This document shows positions 9,929 to 19,726 of a stretch of 64,000 nt of DNA, piece after piece; the first letter of the stretch is position 1, and every line of letters starts with the position of its first letter. Made by a program: the position numbers and the translations under genes. The DNA comes from an uncultured Actinomycetota bacterium (lineage in GTDB: Bacteria; Actinomycetota; Actinomycetes; Streptosporangiales; Streptosporangiaceae). The notes beneath the pieces were generated by a model. That model made no database searches. It was not told where the DNA came from and saw nothing but the letters and a program-made list of their open reading frames with translations. Location: assembly GCA_963840095.1 (NCBI GenBank), contig CAWIXN010000005.1:819042-883041 (forward strand), written 5' to 3'.

Positions 9929-9988
9929 TGTGCAGACTCAGGATTCGCCGCCGGCCGGTGACCGGCATCACCCGCCAGGGGTGAGACA
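9929..9988 (+). repeat. 60-nt dispersed repeat, copy 2
   Basis: TGTGCAGACTCAGGATTCGCCGCC...GGCATCACCCGCCAGGGGTGAGACA matches 3058..3117. Confidence 0.8.
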
Positions 9989-10162
9989 CCCGCCCTCATG
10001 CCACTGCGCGCCTTTCAGCCGGCGGCTCCGTCGGCCGGCGGCTCCGTGGTCGATTCGGGTTACCAGCGGGTCAGCACACTGTCCCATGTGTCGCTGCCGA
10101 TCTCGCCGCGCACTTCAGGCCTATTCGACCTCCTTGTTACGCGTCATCATCGAACGCTCATC

Positions 10163-10378
10163 TGGGTCGACGCCGAAGGCGACCCGCTCGACGGGTCGAA
10201 ACGCTACGAGCTGCACCTAGAGAAGACCCCGCCAGTCGACGGGTTCTGGTCACTCACGATGTACCGGCCCCCCGAGTTCTACCTAGTTGCCAACCCGATC
10301 GAGCGCTATTCGATCGGCGACCGCACGCCGGGGCTGAAGACGGGAGAAGACGGCAGCGTGACCATCTACATCCAGAAG
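10163..10378 (+). pseudogene. DUF1214-domain protein fragment (truncated at both ends)
   Basis: WVDAEGDPLDGSKRYELHLEKTPPVDGFWSLTMY...ERYSIGDRTPGLKTGEDGSVTIYIQK matches the DUF1214 core (FWSLTMY). There is no N-terminal domain and the C-terminal part is lost. The reading frame runs on into the antisense of the glgX 3' end. Confidence 0.5.
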
Positions 10379-10447
10379 GTCGGTCAGGGCCTGACGATCC
10401 CGCATCGGGCCTTCCCTCGAGTCAGGCGTGGCCTTTTCTCGGGTCGG

Positions 10448-12648
<2,201 letters not shown>

Positions 12649-12652
<4 letters not shown>

Positions 12653-15375
12653 TTCTGCGCTTTATTGCTCAGGTCACGCAGGAGGTCTCCGACCGAGGGA
12701 ACCGCGCCATGCCGGCGCAGGATCAGGTCGCCGATCAGGCCGGTCCACCCGGTCTGGTGGAAGGCGCCGATCGCGGCGCCGTTGTCGCCGTGGAAGTACT
12801 CGCTGAAGATCAGGTTGTCCTTCCAGGCGGGATCGGTCTGCATCCGCTCGGTCCCGCCGAAGCAGGCCCGCCGTCCGTTTTCGTCCCTGGTGAACAGCGA
12901 GATCAGCCGGTCCTGCAGGTCGGCGGCGATCAGGTCGAGGGTGAGCCGCTTCCCGGAGCCGGTCGGGTACTCGACCTCCAGGTCATCGCCGTAGAACCGG
13001 TGGTAGCGCTCCAACGATTCGACCAGGAGGTAGTTGAGCGGGAACCAGATCGGGCCGCGCCAGTTGGAGTTGCCGCCGAACATGGACGTGGTCGACTCGG
13101 CCGGCTCGTAGTCGACAGACGAGTGGTAGCCCTCGACGTCGAACTGGTAGGGATGATCCCGGTGGTAGGCCGACAGCGCGCGCAGCCCGTGCGGGGACAG
13201 GAATTCGCTCTCGTCGAAGAGCTTGGCGAATAGCCGCTCCAGCTGGGCTGGCCGGGCCACCGAGAGCAGCAGCCGCTGGCTGCCCGCCTCGCCGCGGAGC
13301 TGCGGGTGCTCGGCCAGCTTCTGGGGGTCCGCGACGCCCTCATGCCGCAGGAGACGTGTGAATTCCTTGTTCATCTTCATCGCGTTCTGCAGCATGTCAC
13401 CGTCGACGACGGCTGCGGCCAGCGCCGGGATGAGCCCGACCATGGACCGGCTTCTCACCTCGGCGGACTGGCCGGAGGGCGCGACCAGCCGGTCATAGTA
13501 AAGTCCGTCGGCGTCGTTCCACAGGCCCTGCTGCTCGAGGGCACGCCGGATGCCCGCGAAGTGCTCCAGGAACTTCAGGATAAGGTCCTGCGCCTTGCGG
13601 CGGCCGGACCAGGTGAGGGCGCCTGCGATGGAGGCCATCGCCAACGCGTAGGAGCCCATCCAGCCGGTCGCATCGGACTGTTCCAGGGTGTAGCCGGCGG
13701 GCAGGTGGGAGCGGTCGATCGGGCCGATGTTGTCCAGGCCGAGGAAGCCGCCCTCGAAGACGTCGCGGCCGTCGGGGTCCTCGCGGTTGACCCACCAGGT
13801 GAAGTTGACCAGGAGCTTGTCGAACACCCGGGACAGGAAGTCGAGGTCGCGGCCGCCGTCGATGGCGAAGATCTCCAGCACCGCCCACGCGTGCACCGGC
13901 GGGTTGACGTCGCCGAAATCCCACTCGTACGCCGGCAGCGCCCCGCTCGGATGCTGGAACCATTCCCGGCAGATCATGATCATCTGGTACTTGGCGAACG
14001 CCGGGTCCAGGTGGGCCAGGACCACGCAGTGAAAGGCCAGGTCCCAGGCGGCGAACCAGGGATACTCCCACTTGTCCGGCATGGAGATGATGTCGAACCC
14101 GTCGAAGTTGCGCCACTTGGCGTTCCGCCCGTTCTTGCGCCCGGGCGGCGGTTCCGGCTGGGTCGGGTCGCCATCCAGCCAGCGGGCGACGTCGTAATAG
14201 AACAGCTGCTTGCTCCAGAGCATGCCGGCGCAGGCCTGCCGCAGCACCAGGGCCTCGTCGGCGCTCGCGCCCGCTGGCGTCAGCTCGGTGTAGAACTCGT
14301 CGGCCTCGGCCCGGCGCTGGGTCATCACCTGATCGAAGTTCTTGCCGAGCGCGGTCGCCGCCGTGCTCGCGGGCTTGCCACGCCCGTCGGCGGCCGGCCG
14401 CAGCCGGAGCCTGAGCTCGGCGGTCTGGCCGGGAGGGACGGTGAGCTGATACCAGAATGAGCATTTTGTCCCGGTGCCGGCGGGGTTGATGGTGGGCGCG
14501 CCGTGGACGACGTGGTCGTTGATGCCGTCCTTGGGATAGGGGGTGACTGAGGCCGCGCCGTACAGCCGGGCGAGGTTGGTCTCGTTCTCGCAGAACAGGA
14601 GCTGCGGGCCAGTACCGTCAGGTGTGGTGGCGGCGATGAGTTCCAGGGTGCCCAGGAACGGGTGGTCGATGGTGATCGACTGGTCGCCGGAGGCCTGCAG
14701 GGTTGGCCGGGCCTCAGTGTCGTCCCAGGACCAGGTGTTGCGGAACCATGCGGTGGGCAGCACGTGCAGCGTGTCGGCCTCCGGGCCGGCGTTAGTGACC
14801 TGGATGGCCATCAGCAGGTCATCGGGGCCGGCCTTGGCGTAGTGCACCTCGGTGATCCAGTACCGGTCGTCGTTGAACGCGCCGGTGTCGAGCAGCTCGT
14901 ACTCGGGCTGGTACCGGTTGCGGGCGGCGTTGACATCGATCAGGTCCTGATACGGGTACGCGCCCTGCGGGTAGTGATAGCGCCACCGGTTCCAGGCATG
15001 GCTGGGAATGGCATCCAGGTACCACCAGTACTCCTTGACATCCTCGCCATGATTTCCCTGCGGGCCGGTCAGCCCGAACGCGCGCTCCTTCAAGATCGGA
15101 TCCCGCCCGTTCCACAACGCCAGCCCCAGGCACAGCCGCTGCTCGATATCACAGAACCCCGCCAGGCTGTCCTCCCCCCACCGGTAAGCCTGAGACCGGG
15201 CATGATCATGCGGCAGGTAATCCCATGCGTCGCCAGAAGCGCTGTAATCCTCCCGCACCGTCCCCCACTGCCGCTCGCTCACATACGGCCCCCACCGATA
15301 CCACTCGGTGCCCTCCGCCTGCAGCCCGTCCTCCAGTCGGCCGAAATTTTCGACCCGGTCACGTTCCGCGCCCAC
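12649..15375 (-). CDS. GH63-like glucosidase (MGH1-like glycoside hydrolase domain)
   Basis: 908 aa. N-terminal WYRWGPYVSERQWGTVREDYS and the central WEYPWFAAWDLAFH are typical of bacterial GH63-type glucosidases. ATGA overlap with glgX implies an operon. Confidence 0.82.
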
Positions 15376-15467
15376 CGCATTCCCCTTCGCTTGGGTGTGC
15401 AGCCCTTGTTGGGCTCGCGCAAACCAAACGATTCCACGGCCGCAGGTGACCTGTCATCACCTACCGG

Positions 15468-15491
15468 TCGCTTTCACCTTGGTGAAAGCGA
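15468..15491. promoter_or_regulatory. Palindrome TCGCTTTCACC-TT-GGTGAAAGCGA (11-bp arms)
   Basis: Read directly from the sequence. It lies about 95 nt upstream of the GH63-glgX operon start, in a stretch of lower GC. Confidence 0.4.
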
Positions 15492-15777
15492 CGGCAGAGC
15501 CGGCCGGATAGGACGAGCAAGAGGTCACCCCCGTACGGGGCACTAATCGGCGGTCCGCTGTTCAGGCAGTCGCTGACCGCCGCAATCACACGATCGGGGA
15601 TGGCGAATGATGAGAGACCGGACCAGCCAGTAACTCCCTTTTCACTCGATGTTCACTCTATGTCGGGTAAACATTCATCCCGTCGCTGGTTTGGCGGTTA
15701 GCCGGTGACGTAGCGTGCTGAGCTGGCCGCGATCCGATCTTCCTGGATTGGGCTCAGCGTGTCGTGTTGATTACTGA

Positions 15778-16361
15778 GGGCCGGCGATGATGATGGCCGG
15801 TTATAGCCTCCCCGGCCTGATCCACCAGCTCTGCACCCAGCACATCCTGCGCGACCTGGCCGGCGCCGCCGAGACCTACCCGGATGCGCACTGGCCCGTC
15901 CAGATCAGCCAGGCCCTCCAGGAACTCATCCACGCCGCGAACACCGCCCGCGCCCAGGGCCTGCCCGCCATCCCGGGGCAAGGTCGCCGCGCCCCTGATC
16001 CACGCGTTCAAGCACGGCGTCCTGCTCGGCCTGTCCCAGATTCCCCGCGTCCCAGCCCGCAAACAGCAGCCCTGCCGCGACCTGCTGGAATGCCTGCGCG
16101 ACCGGCAGGACGACATGCTCCGCTTCACCACCGACCTGCGGATCCCGCCCACCTCCAACCAGGCAGAACGCGATCTGAGACCCGCCAAGACCCAGCAGAA
16201 GATATCCGGCCGGCTCCGCTCCGAGCAGGTCACCCGCGACCGGTACGCCATCCGCGGCTACATCTCCACCGTCGCCAAGCGCGGCGCCCACGTCCTGACC
16301 GCCATCCAACGACGCCCTCGCCGGCAACCCCTGGATACCGCCTATCCCCGACCCGCCGTAA
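15778..16361 (+). pseudogene. DDE transposase C-terminal fragment with at least two frameshifts (IS66-family/ISBst12-like by motif recall)
   Basis: Three frames join to give ...QLCTQHILRDL...(shift near 15980)...RFTTDLRIPPTSNQAERDLRPAKTQQKISGRLRS...RGYISTVAKRGAHVLTAI(shift near 16300)NDALAGNPWIPPIPDPP*. The N-terminal two thirds are absent. Confidence 0.6.
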
Positions 16362-16574
16362 GCCCCTCACCCACCGCCTCACTCCGCCCCCAACAGCCAA
16401 AAAAGCCCACCGGGGATGTGAATGTTTACGATACCGGGGCGCTCGCCGTTAATGTAATTGCCCGATCCAGAGAGCCGGACTTTGGCCGGCTGGTCCTCCG
16501 TCTGTTCGGGTGGTGCCTGGCCCATCGCCACCAGATTCCACTTCGCCATCTGAGGCACTCCTTGATCTCGGGGT

Positions 16575-16978
16575 TCACCCCGCCGGGCCATGGCCACTAG
16601 CATTTGCCTGAGCCTGATACGGCGCACTTTGCAGCGTGCTGGCCGAGTTCTCCACCTGGGGGACCGCTGGCACGATCGTCGTGGCCGCGGTGGCCGGCGG
16701 CTGACCCTTCGCCGACGTGAGCGCGGTGGCCAGGCGGACAGGGAGGTCTTCAGCGCCGCGGTCAGCGACGGGAACGCGGACTTCGCGTCGGTGGCGAACG
16801 CTGCCGCGCTGGTCCGGACGCTGTTCAGCGCGGTCTGCAGAGAGCTCAGGCCGTTCTTGGCGACGTCGACATTGTCGAGGTTGCTGACCGAGGTCTTGAG
16901 GTTGGCGGCCTCGGTGCAGTAGGCCGACGTGCTGCCGCATCCTGCGGCCAGCCCGGACAGCGGCGAGCTCGGCCACCA
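16575..16978 (-). pseudogene. Decayed lipoprotein gene remnant
   Basis: My own translation gives ...PLSGLAAGCGSTSAYCTEAANLKTSVSNLDNVDVAKNGLSSLQTALNSVRTSAAAFATDAKSAFPSLTAALKTSL. It has the lipobox LAAGC. An in-frame TGA sits just upstream, and the downstream part continues in another frame (LATALTSAKGQPPATAATTIVPAV...). Confidence 0.3.
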
Positions 16979-17494
16979 TCACGCCATGGCCGCATAACCG
17001 CACGCCAGGCCGCTACCAGGCACATGCCAGCAGCGGCCGCGCAACACCACAGGCTATTTCCCCACGGGAGAGCGAGCCCGCCTGTACCCAGGGCAGCTCC
17101 CCCGACCTGCCCGGGGCCCCTCACCAGCCCGGTTGAACGCTGTAGGGACCCCAAGCCCGCTTGAACTACGTCGAGCGCAGGAGCCCCGGGCCGCGTCCGC
17201 GCGCAGCGCCGCATCGTTGCGCCCGGCCCCGCCCGCCAGGGCGTCTGCCAGCATGCCCGCAAACAGCCCACCCGGACGACTAGCCCCGCCACCTGGCCAA
17301 ACACGCACCGCACGTAGCAAACCCTCAGGCCAGACCCTGCCGAAACCACATCCCCGAACTGCTTGACAAACCTCCCCTTACGCTGGTTTCCGCGGAAACG
17401 TCCGGCACATCTGCCCTGGCCCTGGCCTGCGGCAGCCGCTCGGCAGCGCCCGGCTCAAACGTGAACCTGGACCCGGCTGAAACGTGATGCGCGG

Positions 17495-17567
17495 CTCCCG
17501 CGATAGGACTCGAACCTATAACCTGCCGGTTAACAGCCGGACGCTCTGCCAATTGAGCTACGCGGGA
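17495..17567 (-). tRNA. tRNA-Asn (anticodon GTT)
   Basis: Cloverleaf folded by hand. Acceptor stem is TCCCGCG/CGCGGGA and the D-arm is GCTC..GAGC. The anticodon loop is CTGTTAA and the T-arm is ATAGG-TTCGAGT-CCTAT. Discriminator is G and CCA is not encoded. The anticodon stem has one U27:C43 mismatch. Confidence 0.92.
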
Positions 17568-17761
17568 TCGGACGGGCCAGATCCGGCAGACCAGGTGATC
17601 ACTGCCGTATCGGCGTCGCGGCCACTAGGGTAGCGCACGACGGCTGCTGCGTGGTGCGCTGAGCACCCTCAGGGCGGCTGCCCGGCGCATAACAAGCGTT
17701 TCGGCTGGGCATGATCGGGAAGTCAGCCAGCGCGGGGTGACCAGCGGGGCGGGGGCTGCGC

Positions 17762-17809
17762 CGCGCAGCATGACACGCTCGGGAGTCGCGCAGCATGACA
17801 CGCTCGGGA
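17762..17809 (+). repeat. Direct repeat 2 x 23 nt (CGCGCAGCATGACACGCTCGGGA), period 25
   Basis: Perfect copies at 17762-17784 and 17787-17809. They end 10 nt before ATG 17819. Confidence 0.85.
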
Positions 17810-17818
17810 AAGGTCGAA

Positions 17819-18190
17819 ATGCATCGGTATCGAATCACATTCCTCAGCGGCCTGGCCGCCGGATTCGTGCTCGGCGCACGTGCTGGCCGCGAACGCTATG
17901 AGCAAATGAAGAAGATAGCCCGCACCGCCGCGGACAATCCCGCGGTGCAGCAGGCAGCCGGCGCGCTCCAGGCCCAGGCGGCCGAACTGGCGAATTCCGC
18001 CCGGCAGCGGGTCACCGACGAGGTGCGCAACCGGGTGCCCGGGATGACGAAGCCGGCCAAGCGAGCGGCCAGCAGCCGCATGCCTGGCCGGGCGAGGCGA
18101 AACTCCAACGGGAGCGTCGAGGTTTCAGACGACGAATCCTTCGCCCAGACCGGCGACTCAGAACGCGGGCGCGACGCAGGCCCCATATAG
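17819..18190 (+). CDS. Hypothetical protein with an N-terminal helix and a coiled, charged tail (YtxH-like)
   Basis: MHRYRITFLSGLAAGFVLGARAGRERYEQMKK... resembles small actinobacterial YtxH/general-stress-type proteins. Start chosen at the internal ATG. Confidence 0.5.
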   Translation: MHRYRITFLSGLAAGFVLGARAGRERYEQMKKIARTAADNPAVQQAAGALQAQAAELANSARQRVTDEVRNRVPGMTKPAKRAASSRMPGRARRNSNGSVEVSDDESFAQTGDSERGRDAGPI

Positions 18191-18206
18191 CGACTGGGAC
18201 CGCAAC

Positions 18207-18269
18207 CTCAGCGTGAGCACCGGCACCCTCAGCGTGAGCACCGGCACCCTCAGCGTGAGCACCGGCACC
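18207..18269 (+). repeat. Tandem repeat 3 x 21 bp (CTCAGCGTGAGCACCGGCACC)
   Basis: Three perfect units read directly. The array is intergenic, between convergent genes. Confidence 0.9.
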
Positions 18270-18324
18270 CTGATGGATTCGGGAATCAGTCAGGAGTTAC
18301 CTGATCGATTCCCGAATCCATCAG
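18270..18324. other. Long inverted repeat / hairpin (18-bp perfect arms CTGATGGATTCGGGAATC, 19-nt spacer that can pair further)
   Basis: Arms at 18270-18287 and 18307-18324 are exact reverse complements. It lies between the convergent 3' ends and could act as a bidirectional terminator. Confidence 0.6.
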
Positions 18325-18472
18325 GCGGCAGGCACAGTCGATCCGCCTCAGGCTAGTGATGTCTGGGGTGACAGTGACAGAAGGGACCGCGGAGGCAACA
18401 GTGACTGCTATAACTGTCCGCCCAGGTCGCTCGGACGGTCAGCTGACCGGGGAAGTCAGCTGACCGGGGAAG

Positions 18473-19630
18473 TCAGACCAGGTACTCCCGGAGCATCTGA
18501 GCCCGGCTGGGGTGCCGGAGCTTAGCGAGCGTCTTTGACTCGATCTGGCGGATCCGCTCCCTGGTCACGCCGAACTCGCGACCGACCTCCTCCAGGGTGC
18601 GCGGGTGGCCGTCGCTCAGGCCGAACCTGAGCTGGATGATCCGCTGCTCCCTGATGGTCAGGTTGTCGAGGACCTGCTCCAGCTGGTCTTGCAGCATGAT
18701 GAAGGCGGCGGCCTCCATCGGGACCACGGCATCGGCATCCTCGATGAAGTCGCCCAGGTCGGAGTCTTCCTCGCCGATCGGCGACTGCAGCGAGACCGGC
18801 TCCTGCGCGATCCGCTGGATCTCGGCTACCCGTTCCGGATGCATGCCCATCTCAGCGGCGATCTCGTCAGGCGTCGGCTCGCGTCCCAGATCTTGGTGGA
18901 GCTGGCGCTGGATCCTGGTCATCTTGTTGATGGTCTCGACCATGTGCACCGGGATCCTGATCGTCCGCGCCTGATCGGCAATGGCCCGGGTGATGGCCTG
19001 CCTGATCCACCAGGTGGCGTAGGTGGAGAACTTATAGCCCTTGGTGTAGTCGAACTTCTCCACGGCCCTGATCAGGCCCAGGTTCCCCTCCTGGATCAGG
19101 TCGAGGAACACCAGCCCCCGGCCGATGTACCGCTTGGCGATGGATACCACGAGCCGCAGGTTGGCCTCGATGAGCCGCTGCTTGGCCCGGCAGCCGTCGG
19201 CGGCCAGCAAGGCGAGTTCCGCGATCTCCGCGCGCTGCGGCCCGGAGGTCCGCCCGCCGCACTGCAGCTTCTCCGTGGCGAACAGGCCCGCCTCGATGGC
19301 CTTGGCGAGATCCACCTCGTCCTGCGCGGTCAGCAGCGGCACCCGACCGATCTCGCGCAGATAGATCCGGACCAGGTCGCCAGTCGCGGCCCGCCTGACG
19401 TTGTCAGCCTGCCCGGCGCGGCGCAGCTCATCTGGCTCGTCTGGAGGCGGTTCGACGACCTCGACCCCCTCGTCGGCGAGCAACCGCAGCACGCCATCGA
19501 CGGCGTCAGGGGGAAGGTCGCAGCGGTCAAACGCCGCGGCCAGTTCGGTCATCGCCACGGTGCCTCGTTCTCTGGCCCGCGCTACGAGGTCGGTCATATC
19601 GTCTACTGGGGGGAGAACCGCAAGGCTCAT
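18473..19630 (-). CDS. RNA polymerase sigma-70 factor, RpoD family (group 1/2, HrdA-like position downstream of dnaG)
   Basis: Region 1.1-like N-terminus. Region 2 reads [12 protein letters not shown]...[54 protein letters not shown]. Region 4 reads [31 protein letters not shown]. Confidence 0.92.
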   Translation of the reverse strand: MSLAVLPPVDDMTDLVARARERGTVAMTELAAAFDRCDLPPDAVDGVLRLLADEGVEVVEPPPDEPDELRRAGQADNVRRAATGDLVRIYLREIGRVPLLTAQDEVDLAKAIEAGLFATEKLQCGGRTSGPQRAEIAELALLAADGCRAKQRLIEANLRLVVSIAKRYIGRGLVFLDLIQEGNLGLIRAVEKFDYTKGYKFSTYATWWIRQAITRAIADQARTIRIPVHMVETINKMTRIQRQLHQDLGREPTPDEIAAEMGMHPERVAEIQRIAQEPVSLQSPIGEEDSDLGDFIEDADAVVPMEAAAFIMLQDQLEQVLDNLTIREQRIIQLRFGLSDGHPRTLEEVGREFGVTRERIRQIESKTLAKLRHPSRAQMLREYLV

Positions 19631-19726
19631 GCAGACCAGTGTGCGTCAGGAACCTTGTGTTCAGGGGACCTAATATTGTCACCTTCGCGATAGTTACGTA
19701 GCCGACCGATCACATGCAGTGCGAGC

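Noticed and set aside
15550-17494. Intact integrated element with att duplication at tRNA-Asn.
   Set aside because: There is no integrase gene. By eye I could not find a second copy of the tRNA 3' end (GGTTCGAGTCCTATCGCGGGAG or its complement) within the window. The region is treated as an eroded remnant only.
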